A stretch of DNA of 64,000 nucleotides from Balanoglossus misakiensis (Eukaryota; Animalia; Hemichordata), in the NCBI GenBank assembly GCA_040954595.2, contig CM082581.2, positions 558,001-622,000 of the forward strand, given 5' to 3'. Below are positions 40,330 to 51,918 of the stretch, piece by piece. Under the pieces are notes generated by a model. The model saw only the letters and a program-made list of their open reading frames with translations. It did no database searches and had not been told where the DNA came from. Made by a program: the position numbers and the translations under genes. Positions within the stretch are counted from its first letter, which is position 1. Each line of letters begins with the position of its first letter.

Positions 40330-42373
40330 TCACGCAAAACGGGTTGGGATAAACCCTGTGTACTGTCCGAAGTTGTCAGGGTATTTATCCCGTATACCCC
40401 AAACACAACAGCTCGCGATAACTTTCCGGTTGCCAGCTCCCAGTTTTCCGTGCTGCCACAAAATAAACTGGCGGTAGGCAGCATGCCTGTTGCACTTATT
40501 GTAATCATCGAAATCATTAGTAGCCATGATATCCATTCTGTAGGCCCGAGCTACTGCCAATACCCCTTCATGTAAGCAGATGACTCTGAAATCCTGGGAA
40601 AATATGAATTGTTTCAATGAATATTTTTCGAAGAAATGTTGCAATGTAGCAATATCAGTCTTCTGAAAGTTTTTGTACCTTTGAAACACTGAAATATGAA
40701 TTTTATGTACACATGCCTAACTACGCCTGCACAAACTATCACAGGATCAAATCCCACCTATTTATCTCCCAAATGGGGGGGGGGGTGTCGGTGTTTTTCT
40801 AGTTAAACATTGGTGCAAATGTCTTTGTCAACTCGCTACCTTGAATTGTAAATTCAGAACCTACACGTGAGCATGGGCAGGGAAAATCAGGTTAAAAGAG
40901 AAAATTAATATCTTCATATCTTGTACGCTGATTTTTGTTCTTGAAAAATGTGGACAACAAGCTGTTGTGCATTCAGTTCATAAACATACTTACAGGTAAT
41001 CTAGATATACAAAACTCGGGCAGCTTCCCACAACATTTCCTCTCTGGAAGTGTTGGCATCTGCCTGCAGTTTTCACATATACACCATTCTGGAGTGTTTG
41101 TTGATGGTTTAGGATGGTAACCTTCTTCATTATCCTGACACGGCACTGCCAAATCAAACACTAGACTGATGTCTCTCTCTACCACCTGCAACAACAGATC
41201 ATGCATCTGTTCTTGCGTCATTTTCTGCAACATTTCCTGAAAATTAGATATTATTATTATTATTATTATTACGGTGAAGGCTATAAGCTGATGTCAGTTT
41301 ATGTCCGATTATTATCAAAGCAAATTTTTACTTACGCAAACAGTATTTTTTCTTTCCTGCACATCTCGTAAAGCTTCATCTGCTCTTGTATCACCTCTTC
41401 CTCTTCCTCTTCCTCTGCCTCTCCCCCTACTTCTCTGTCCTCTTGTTGAACCTCTCACCCTGCCCCTTTGATTCCCTCTTGTTTGAAATTCAGTTTGAAA
41501 TTCAGTTTGTGAACTGTCAGAAGATGCCTGCAAAATGAGTGAACAAGAAAACTTTCAGAGAGTGGGCAGAGTAGAAACATAACATTGATATTTTCCCTAA
41601 GCCACTTGATAAAAAGGTGGCCTTTGCCATAATAATCCACACAAAGAGTGTGGTAAATCCGTCAGTAAATTTCCCATGCCATTCTACTTCCATCCAATCT
41701 AAATCCCCTAGCAAAAGGACAGCATGTTTGTCCTTATTATGGTATCGCCATAGCAACGTTATAGTCAGTGCAAACAACGTCACTTGTTGTATGCCACGTG
41801 TTCTTTGCCTTGAATAGAAAGTGGTCCGTTTTGCCTTATGATTCGGAAATTCACGGATATTACTAAGATTGTTCACTATTAAACTGAACCGCCCGGGCGT
41901 ACAGCGGAAACACATTTAGCCATACTATAGGTATGTGTGTTTCCGGCTATACACGGCCGTGAAACACCGGAACACACAGAGGTCGATGCTCATGTCACAA
42001 ATACGCGAATACGATCGTAACTACACAACCCAAACGCCATATTACAAACTAACAACATTTCTGAGTAAATCCAGATTCAAAACGAATTACTAGTCATGTA
42101 AAAAATATGCGAAACCACCTCGTATTCCACACGAACCACGATGGGACCGAGAGTAGCGTAAGCCATAAACGCGTATGTATGGCGACGAGCATAACAAGCT
42201 CTGGTTCCTTGACATTTGATCGATCAAGCCTAAAACTGTAGTAATATCATCTTTGTTCAAGTGAAACATCGAACTGAAGAACATTTAGCAATAAAAAACG
42301 AGGTTTGAGGAGGCAGAAAACACGTGAGTTTGTTTACAAAATGGACATACGTTACCTCATATGGTGCGTCCAT
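40330..42373 (-). CDS. KolX: KolX accessory protein (~238 aa; RG-rich N-terminus, Cys-rich P2X7-ballast/nanor-like domain), 4 exons
   Basis: Exons 42373-42356, 41527-41336, 41236-40994, 40593-40330, all phase 0 with GT-AG; PEWCICENC..MP...E.KCC, RHAAYRQF..W..G, SCCVWGIRDKYP...GQYTGF; the short first exon is the least certain. Confidence 0.87.
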
Positions 42374-42990
42374 TGTTGTTGAGTTGCGAATAAAGGTCAC
42401 GCTCACATCACGCCGTATCACGCAGTAAGATCGGGATCTCGTTCTCCGTTTGACGCGGCATTTCTTGTGTTCCTGGTCACGTGGCTGCGTTTTCGAAAAT
42501 CGTGAATTTCTTTCGCACTGGATGTCCCAGTGTGGTAGTTGAAGGGTATACCGCTTAATTGTATGGATTCAAACAATGTAAGCGACATTTGGGGGTTATT
42601 TTTGGCAAAATTAAGTGTAAACCGTTGCAGCTTAGGCGCCTTTAACTATAGAAAATATAGGCCTATGGCCAGGTATAAAAATATGAAAAATAAAAAATCT
42701 TCTTCTCAAAATAGACTTGGCCCACGGCCTTGACATTTGGCATGTAGGACACTGACCACATGGTCTGCAAAAATCGCTAAAAGAATTTTGATATCTCCAT
42801 TCATATGCAAATTAGGCCCATTTGAAAACTTTGCCCATATATGGTCATCAGGTCACATGACTAATTAAACATTCACAGGGATACTGCACCAGCTCTCATA
42901 GGCCTGCACCATTGTGCCAAGTTTGAGATTTGTAGGTTCAACCGTTTTCAAGATCTACCTGAGCAAAAAAACTACACAAGAAAAAAAAAA

Positions 42991-45900
42991 TTAAAGCTGC
43001 AAGCAGCCTTGAAGGGGCCCAAGCATAGAGTTAATAACCATTAGACTCCATTCAGGGTTGTACCATTCAAATGCGTAGGCTGTATTTGCTCTCGATGTTG
43101 AGATATGGGGAAGTAGGCAACCACCTGAAATGCATGTCGTACAAGTACAAAAACAACAACCAAAGGTGAACTTCTACGTTGTAAGTACTTCAGTAAGTAC
43201 TTCAAAGGTCAGTTGAGGGTACCCAAAAATTGGACCAAAAATTTGGTTCATATTCAAGACAACGGAAAATCCTTGCCCGTTGGGTTGGTCAAATTAGATA
43301 TGACCATAAAATGAGTTACGCAAGTAAGTTACAGGTGGCCCCAGGAATTTAGCATTTCATGACGCAGAGGTCCTACCCTACCCCTCCAAACACCTGGCTA
43401 TATATGATTTGCATGCTAACATATGGAAAGCAGGTCAATTGACACCTGAGGTCAACCAAATATTTGACAAAAAATTTTCATTCCTGTTTATGTCATGTGC
43501 AACAAATCCTACATTTGCAGCCCTTTCACTTTGCCTACCATTAGGTATGCACGCAATACACAAATCAAGCAGGTGTCACAGGTATCCCCATGTATTTGGC
43601 ATTTCATGATAGTTTCATCCCTCCAAATACCAAAGCTGCACCTGCACAACGTGCTGAGATATGGCACTGTACGACAGAGGTCATCCAAATCACCTTATAC
43701 ATTTGGGCAAAAACCAACTGACACTTACATTCGTCCGTGTGGAACAAAAACCACACATATCGCCCTGTTGGTTAGTGTCCAATTAAATGTACAAAATCAA
43801 TGACTTCGGCAGGTGCAACGGGTGACCCCGCCTTTGGTATATCATTATGGTCCCATCCGTATACCCCCCCCCCCCCCACCACGCCAAAGCTGCATGCATC
43901 TGCTGTTATTCACTAAGCAAAAGTAGGTGAAATATCACATAAGGTCGCCCACAACTTGACAGGAAAATCTGACTTCGTATTGATCCATGTGCAACAAATA
44001 CCATGCTAGCATCCCTTTCATTGACCCCACAATTACGCATGCACATAATAGAGTTACGCAGGTGTCACAGGTGACCCCTAATTTTGTCTTTTCAATTTTA
44101 GTCACAACCCTCCAAACGCCAAGTCAGTGCCTGCTGTGGATGCTGAGATATAGGAAAGTAGGTCAAAGGTCACCTGAGGTCACCCAAAATTAGGGCAAAA
44201 AATGTTGATGCCATACTGATCCATGTCCCACAAGAACAAAACCTCTAGCCTTATTAGTTAGCCTGGAATTAGGTATGCACATAATTAATGAGTTAAGCAG
44301 GTGTTACAGGTGATCCCAAAACTTTGCCTTTTATTGTGGTGCCATTCTGCTCACGGGCCAATAGAGAGTCACTGTACAGGACCAATGCACAGCCGACATG
44401 GACATAGCGTCATAGCTTAACTATAGAAAGTATAGGCCCATGGCTGGGTTCAAAAATATGAAAAATAAAAAAATCTTCTTCTCAAAATAGACTTGGCCCA
44501 CGGCCTTGACATTTGGCATGTAGGACACTGACCACATGGTCTGCAAAAATCGCTAAAAGAATTTTGATATCTCCATTCATATGCAAATTAGGCCCATTTG
44601 AAAACTTTGCCCATATATGGTCATCAGGTCACATGACTAATTAAACATTCACAGGGATACTGCACCAGCTCTCATAGGCCTGCACCATTGTGCCAAGTTT
44701 GAGATTTGTAGGTTCAACCGTTTTCAAGATCTACCTGAGCAAAAAAACTACACAAGAAAAAAAAAAATTAAAGCTGCAAGCAGCATTGAAGGGGCCCAAG
44801 CATAGAGTTAATAACCATTAGACTCCATTCAGGGTTGTACCATTCAAATGCGTAGGCTGTATTTGCTCTCGATGTTGAGATATGGGGAAGTAGGCAACCA
44901 CCTGAAATGCATGTCGTACAAGTACAAAAACAACAACCAAAGGTGAACTTCTACGTTGTAAGTACTTCAGTAAGTACTTCAAAGGTCAGTTGAGGGTACC
45001 CAAAAATTGGACCAAAAATTTGGTTCATATTCAAGACAACGGAAAATCCTTGCCCGTTGGGTTGGTCAAATTAGATATGACCATAAAATGAGTTACGCAA
45101 GTAAGTTACAGGTGGCCCCAGGAATTTAGCATTTCATGACGCAGAGGTCCTACCCTACCCCTCCAAACACCTGGCTATATATGATTTGCATGCTAACATA
45201 TGGAAAGCAGGTCAATTGACACCTGAGGTCAACCAAATATTTGACAAAAAATTTTCATTCCTGTTTATGTCATGTGCAACAAATCCTACATTTGCAGCCC
45301 TTTCACTTTGCCTACCATTAGGTATGCACGGAATACACAAATCAAGCAGGTGTCACAGGTATCCCCATGTATTTGGCATTTCATGATAGTTTCATCCTTC
45401 CAAATACCAAAGCTGCACCTGCACAACGTGCTGAGATATGGCACTGTACGACAGAGGTCATCCAAATCACCTTATACATTTGGGCAAAAACCAACTGACA
45501 CTTACATTCGTCCGTGTGGAACAAAAACCACACATATCGCCCTGTTGGTTAGTGTCCAATTAAATGTACAAAATCAATGACTTCGGCAGGTGCAACGGGT
45601 GACCCCGCCTTTGGTATATCATTATGGTCCCATCCGTATACCCCCCCCCCCCACCACGCCAAAGCTGCATGCATCTGCTGTTATTCACTAAGCAAAAGTA
45701 GGTGAAATATCACATAAGGTCGCCCACAACTTGACAGGAAAATCGGACTTCATATTGATCCATGTGCAACAAATACCATGCTAGCATCCCTTTCATTGAC
45801 CCCACAATTACGCATGCACATAATAGAGTTACGCAGGTGTCACAGGTGACCCCTAATTTTGTCTTTTCAATTTTAGTCACAACCCTCCAAACGCCAAGTC

Positions 45901-46545
45901 AGTGCCTGCTGTGGATGCTGAGATATAGGAAAGTAGGTCAAAGGTCACCTGAGGTCACCCAAAATTTGGGCAAAAATTTTTGATGCCATACTGATCCATG
46001 TCCCACAAGAACAAAACCTCTAGCCTTATTAGTTAGCCTGGAATTAGGTATGCACATAATTAATGAGTTAAGCAGGTGTTACAGGTGATCCCAAAACTTT
46101 GCCTTTTATTGTGGTGCCATTCTGCTCACGGGCCAATAGAGAGTCACTGTACAGGACCAATGCACAGCCGACATGGACATAGCGTCATAGCTTAACTATA
46201 GAAAGTATAGGCCCATGGCTGGGTTCAAAAATATGAAAAATAAAAAAATCTTCTTCTCAAAATAGACTTGGCCCACGGCCTTGACATTTGGCATGTAGGA
46301 CACTGACCACATGGTCTGCAAAAATCGCTAAAAGAATTTTGATATCTCCATTCATATGCAAATTAGGCCCATTTGAAAACTTTGCCCATATATGGTCATC
46401 AGGTCACATGACTAATTAAACATTCACAGGGATACTGCACCAGCTCTCATAGACCTGCACCATTGTGCCAAGTTTGAGATTTGTAGGTTCAGCCGTTTTC
46501 AAGATCTACCTGAGCAAAAAAACTACACAAGAAGAAAAAGATGAA
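42991..46545 (-). repeat. Two tandem 1777-bp HINE bodies (C, D)
   Basis: TTAAAGCTGCAAGCAGC at 42991 and 44768; ORF pairs offset by 1777 bp; a few substitutions between copies. Confidence 0.9.
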
Positions 46546-46550
46546 AAACC

Positions 46551-46762
46551 CCAGTAATACCAATAGGGCACAAGCGCCTGAGGGCGCTTGTGCCCTAAAA
46601 AAAGATGAAAAACCCCAGTAATACCAATAGGGCACAAGCCTGCTTGGCTTGTGCCCTAAAAAAGAGGATAATACCAATAGGGCCCAAGCGCTGCATGCGC
46701 TTGGGCCCTAAAAAAAGCCAGTAATACCAATAGGGCCCAAGCCTGCTGGGCTTGGGCCCTAA
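46551..46762. repeat. Array of four HINE 5'-end hairpin modules
   Basis: AATACCAA-TAGGGC(A/C)CAAGC..loop..GCTTG(T/G)GCCCTA-AAA at 46564, 46628, 46678, 46731; perfect 13-15 bp stems. Confidence 0.9.
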
Positions 46763-48395
46763 ATATAGCTGCAAGCAGCGATGACGGGCACAAGCTTAAG
46801 CCGAAGGTCAAAGGTCATATGTGGTCACCCAAAATTTGGGCGAAACATTTTGATCCCAATACTAGTCCAGGTCCAACAGAAACCAGACCTCTAGCCCTAT
46901 TGGTTTGTCTTAAATTAGATATGCACATAATTAATGATGTAAAGTGTAAGACTCCATTAATAGTTTGATCCATCCAAACACAAAAGCTGTACCTGTTCTG
47001 GATGCCGAGATATAGGAAAGTAGGTCAAAGGTCACCTGAGGCCGCCCGAAAGTTGGGCAAAAATTTTTGACCCCATACTAGTCCAGGTCCAACAAAGACC
47101 AGACCTCTAGCCCTATTGGTTCGCCTAGAATTAGATATGCGCATAATTAATGAGGTAAAGTGTAAGGCTCCATCAGGAGTTCCATCCCTCCAAATGCCAA
47201 GGCTGTATCTGCTGTGGATGCCGAGATATGGTAAAGTAGGTCAAAGGTCACCTGAGGTCACCCAAAATTGGGCAAGAAATTTTAACCCCATACTGGTCCA
47301 TGTTCAACAAAAGTCAAACCTCTAGCCCTATTTTCTAGCCTGGAATTAGGTATGCACATAATTAATGAGATAAGCAGGTGCCACAGGTGACCCCCAACTT
47401 TGAGGTAAAGTGTAAGACTCCATTGGGAGTTCAATCCCTCCAAATGCCAAGTCTGTACCTGATCTGGATGCCGAGATATAGAAAGTTAGGTCAAAGGTCT
47501 CCTGAGGTCACCCAAAATTAGGCAAGAAATGTTAACCCCATACTGGTCCATGTTCAACAAAAATCAAACCTCTAGCACTATTGGCTAGCCTGGAATTAGG
47601 TATGCACATAATTAATGAGATATGCAGGTGTCACAGGTGGCCCCCAATTTTGTCTTTTCAATTTTAGTCACAACCCTCCAAACGCCAAGTCTGTACTTGC
47701 TGTGGATGCCGAGATATAGGAAAGTAGGTCAAAGGTCACCTGAGGTCACCCAAAATTTGGGCAACAATTTTTGATCCCATACTGGTCCATGTCCCACAAG
47801 AACAAAACCTCTAGCCGTATTAGTTATCCTGGAATTAGGTATGCACATAATTAATGAGTTAAGCAGGTGTTACAGGTGAGCCCAAAATTTAGCCTTTTAT
47901 TGTGGTTCCATTCTGCTCATGGGCCAATAAAGAGTCACTGTACAGGACCATTGCACAGCCGACGTGGACATAGCGTCATAGCTTAACTATAGAAAGTATA
48001 GGCCCATGGCTGGGTCCAAAAATATGAAAAATTAAAAAATCTTCTTCTCAAAATAGACTTAACCCACGGCCTTGACATTTGGCATGTAGGACACTGACCA
48101 CATGGTCCGCAAAAATCGCTAAAAGAATTTTGATATTTCCATTCATATGCAAATTAGGCCCATTTGAAAACTTTGCCCATATATGGTCATCAGGTCACAT
48201 GACTTATTAAACATTCACGAGGGTACTGCACTAGCTCTCATAGGCCTGCACCACTGTGCCAAGTTTGAGATTTGTAGGTTCAGCCGTTTTCAAGATCAAA
48301 GTGGCCGAAAAAACTGCACAAGAAAAAAAATCAGTAGAAGAAAAAAGCCAACAATACCAATAGGGCACAAGCGCCTGAGGGCGCTTGTGCCCTAA
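46763..48395 (-). mobile_element. Complete HINE copy E
   Basis: 3' end with GGGCACAAGC at ~46786 and matching 5' hairpin at 48361-48394; internal tandem repeats. Confidence 0.8.
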
Positions 48396-48445
48396 AAACT
48401 ACAGTAAAAACAATAGGGCCCAAGCCTGCTGGGCTTGGGCCCTAA

Positions 48446-50587
48446 TAATCTTAATCTATTGACTTTATCAGGTTTTGAATTCCGATAAAACTCTAATAAG
48501 TGTACATATTTGATTATCTGACATGGGAGGTAAGGATGAGAAAATATGAATAAACTTTGACAAAGCAAGTGTTTTAGCTATTGTTATCTTGCCAAACAAG
48601 GTCACAGGTCGCCATGACCACTTAGTAAGCAGTGTGGACACTTCCCTTACTTTTGGTGTAAAATTTAACATATCAAGCCCAACAAGATCAACGTTCAGGT
48701 TAATACCAAGAACTGTTAACGGTTCATCAACCCATAATAAGTTCTTTTTTGGCAACAAAATATCATGTGAATGGCATTTAGCGCCAAACCAAACCAATTT
48801 AGTTTTTTGGTAGTTAATTCGCAAACCCGACAGAAAAGTAAAGAAACCCAAGGTAGCAAACAGATTTTTCAGAGAACTTTCAGAACCATCTAAATATACA
48901 AAAATATCATCTGCGTATTGCCCCAGTAAATTTTTTTTTATCTCTAAGTGTAATTCCTTCTATATTACTATGGGCTCTGATTTCATGCGCAAGTTTTTCA
49001 ACACAGGTGATAAACAGGTACGGTGATAGAGGATCACCTTGTCTAACACCTCTCTCGAGGGGAAAAATCAGGAAAGTTTCCGTTATTTATAACACAACTA
49101 GTGGTGTTTTTATAAAACATTTTGACCCATTTTCTGAAAGAGGGATAAAAATTAAACTTTCTCAATGCTTTATCGATAAATTCCCAAGAAAGCGTGTCAA
49201 ACGCCATTTCAAAGTCTAGAAGTACAAGAAAACCTTGTCTATGTTTGAAGTTAACGATACATCATCAATCAAACGTGTATTTTCACCAATATACCTTCCT
49301 TTCCTCAAAAAACCTTTCTAGTCAGGGTGAATAATTTTTGGCAAGAACCGTTTCATACGGTTTGCTATAACACCAGATGCAATCTTATCATCCGTGTTTA
49401 GCAATGTAATACGGCGCCAATTTTTCATGAAATCTATTCTTGTTGGGTTTCGGGATACAAGTAACAATTCCCCGCTTTTGAGAAATAGACATTTCGCCTG
49501 AGGAGTAGGCGGAATTAATTGCACGGGCTATATAAACACCAATGTCGGGCCAAAAAAATTTCGGCAGAAAAACCGTCTGTTCCTGGTGACTTATTATTTG
49601 CTATTGACTTCAACACTACTCCACATTCATGCTTAGACAGGGCCCCTTCCAAAGAATCCCGTTCCTCAGTACTCAAAGTAGGCAAAGTATTTCCATGCTG
49701 CATAAAATTATCTAACTGATCAATATTGCAAGCAACGTTTTTGGTAGCCGCATATAGATTCCGGTAAAACTTAGATTGTTCACGAAGGATGTCTTCGTCC
49801 TCAGTTATTGTGGAGCCAACACTCAGGCACAGCTGACCGATGGCTTTATTGGTGAAATGTCTCTTTTCCATAGAGCAAAAATACTTAGTAGGTTTTTCCC
49901 CTTCTGTAGACCACCTGGCCCGAGCACGTACGCGACTTCCTTCTACTTTTTTGACAGTATGCTATCAACTGTTCTTTTTTCATGCAGTTCATCTAACATG
50001 TCAGGCGTTTATAGATCATTCACACGAGTTTCTAGTAAAATATTCTCCGTTTCAAGCTGTTTCTCGGCCCTAATAAATTCCTAGTTGCATACGAAATCGT
50101 AACTCCACGAATTTTTATTTTCAACGTATCCAAGAAAAGTTGATCCGAAATGGTAAAAGTGGGACCAGCTTGAGAGCTTCCCTCCTGTCTGTACTCATCC
50201 TTAGTATCCCGAATTGTGTTTTTAACAATGTCCACATAATCGTTGTCATCCGAGAGAGACGTATTGCAGAGTGGTCACTCCGGTAACCGACACAAATATT
50301 TGCAGTTGCGGTCACATTAGCGAATTCAGGCGTAATAAGAAAATAATCCAGTCTTTTGCGCCTAAACTACGTAAATGTACGCGAGGACTCGTTTATCATC
50401 CGCCAAATATCTATCAAAGTATACTCATCACAGAGAAGATCAATTTGTTGCCTTGCATCCGAGTGAGAGTCTGTAGTGCGGCCAGCTGTGTCAGCATCAA
50501 AACCCTCACTACATTCCAGTCCCCAACTGCAATAACTGAATTATTACCAAACATATTGATCTGCCATTTCAAATCAATATAGAATCT
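48446..50587 (-). pseudogene. L1/Tx1-clade ORF2, 5' fragment (endonuclease C-terminus and RT), decayed
   Basis: GDWNV, RSDHS, KSPGTDGF, KNWRRITLLNTD.KI, RQGDPLSPYLF, QYADD and TLFGKITIAKTLALSK in broken frames. Confidence 0.9.
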
Positions 50588-51918
50588 AGTACCACCTACC
50601 CCAAGACCATGCGTAATCCCACAGGATACACACATTTCAAAGTTGTCTCTAAAGAAGTGTTTTATTGTTAAATAACTAATGTTAACATTTGCTTTCTTGT
50701 TTAGTATATATAGAAGTCGATAATCCAAACCCCAAAAAGCTGTCAAAAATTTGCTTCACAAAAACAAAATCACAATCATTGCGTTGTCTTTGGGGATGAA
50801 TATTTTCAAAATTGCCGAAGAAAATAATTTAAAAATCATATAATTAAATAATCAAAAATTAATTTTACTCCTATTTGCACTTCCCGTAAAGAGCAGTGTC
50901 TAAGCTTTCTAAAATAATAAGGTTTATGTACTTTGAAGCTAGCTTTATTGTTGTAGGAGAGGATATAGTACCCCCTACCCGAAGACCATGCGTAATCCCA
51001 TAGGATACATGCATTTCAAAGTTGTCTCTAAAGAAGTATTGTATTGTTATATAACTAATGTTAACATTTGTTTTCTTGTTTAATAAACAGAAGTCAATAA
51101 TCCAAACCCCCAAAGATGTCAAAAATTTGCTTTACAAAAAGAAAATCACAATTGTTGCGTTGTCTTTGGGGTGAATATTTTCAAAATTGCCGAAAAAATT
51201 AATTTAAAAATCTTATAATTAAATATTCATAATTTTTTTTATAATTAAGTTTGTGCTTCCCGTAAAGAGCAGTGTCTAAGCTTTCTAAAAATATAAGGTT
51301 TATGTAATTGTTTGCTAGTTTTTTTTTTTTTAGGAGAGGATATAGTACCCCTACCCCAAGACCATGCGTAATCCCATAGGATACATGCATTTCAAAGTTG
51401 TCTCTAAAGAAGTATTGTATTGTTAAATAACTAATGTTAACATTTGTTTTCTTGTTTAATATATAGAATTAAATAATCCAAACCTAAAAAGTTGTCAACA
51501 ATTTGCTTCACAAAAAGAAAATCACAATTGTAACATTGTCTTTTGAGTGAAAACTTTCAAAATTGCCGAAAAAATTAATTTAAAAATCATCTAATTAAAT
51601 ATTCATAAATATTGTTTAATAAAGTTTGTGCTTCCCGTAAAGAGCAGTATCTAAGCTTTCTAAAAATATGAGGTTTATGTAATTTCATGGTAGTTTTATT
51701 TTTTTAGGAGAGAATATAGTACCCCCCACCCAACCCATTTTTCGCCATTTTGAGCGGCACATACCATTCAAAAACCACCCCGGAGGGGTAGTGCAACCCA
51801 AAATATTCAATGTTAACATCTTTTTTCTTGTTCAGCACGTTCTAAAGAACAAAAAAATACCCAAGTGGTAGGTTTATGGGGGGGGGGTGCACGGTGGACC
51901 CGTCGTGCCCACGGACTA
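50588..51918 (-). repeat. Right terminal inverted repeat with ~376-bp internal tandem units
   Basis: AGTACC(C/A)C motif at ~50588, 50968, 51345, 51718; inverted copy of the left arm. Confidence 0.93.

Larger units (their letters stand above)
29770..42641 (+). mobile_element. Kolobok DNA transposon
   Basis: TTAA TSD (29766-29769, 42642-42645); 18-bp imperfect TIRs AGGCACCTAAGCTGTAAC / GTTGCAGCTTAGGCGCCT; two convergent spliced genes. Confidence 0.93.
28796..42990 (-). mobile_element. HINE body B, split by the Kolobok insertion
   Basis: 3' end ATATAGCTGCAAGCAGCGATGACGGGCACAAGC; sequence CATAGC-TTAA-CTATAG is continuous across the Kolobok, as in uninterrupted copies near 44411, 46186 and 47977. 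Confidence 0.78.
27683..48445 (-). mobile_element. Compound stack of non-autonomous Helentron-like elements (HINE/DINE-1 type) inserted in the L1 relic
   Basis: Minus strand: 5' hairpin TAGGGCCCAAGC..GCTTGGGCCCTA; 3' subTIR GCTTGGGCCC plus stem-loop GCTGC-TT-GCAGC and TATATT; no clear TSD; removal rejoins L1 ORF2 (KPDKVNRLRL|CCNCDELGLRM). Confidence 0.8.
25263..51918. mobile_element. Large non-autonomous long-TIR DNA transposon, Academ-like, with nested cargo
   Basis: Termini TAGTCTGTGGGC...GCCCACGGACTA, 3-bp TSD AGA (25260-25262, 51919-51921) restoring satellite ATGC-AGA-GATATTG; TAG..CTA ends with 3-bp TSDs are characteristic of Academ; no own transposase seen. Confidence 0.8.

Noticed and set aside
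40330-41236. Host P2X7 purinoceptor gene
   Set aside because: No transmembrane or ectodomain exons; the gene lies inside Kolobok TIRs with a TTAA TSD, convergent with a transposase
29770-42641. piggyBac assignment because of the TTAA TSD
   Set aside because: Ends are AGG..CCT rather than CC(C/T)..GG, and the transposase and second-gene motifs are Kolobok-type
46551-46762. CRISPR-like appearance (palindromic repeats with variable spacers)
   Set aside because: Spacers are short A-rich tracts related to each other, there are no cas genes, the context is eukaryotic, and the modules match HINE termini
25263-51918. Polinton/Maverick or endogenous virus, suggested by size and long TIRs
   Set aside because: No pPolB, integrase, ATPase or capsid ORFs; the TSD is 3 bp rather than 6 bp; the interior is explained by other TEs
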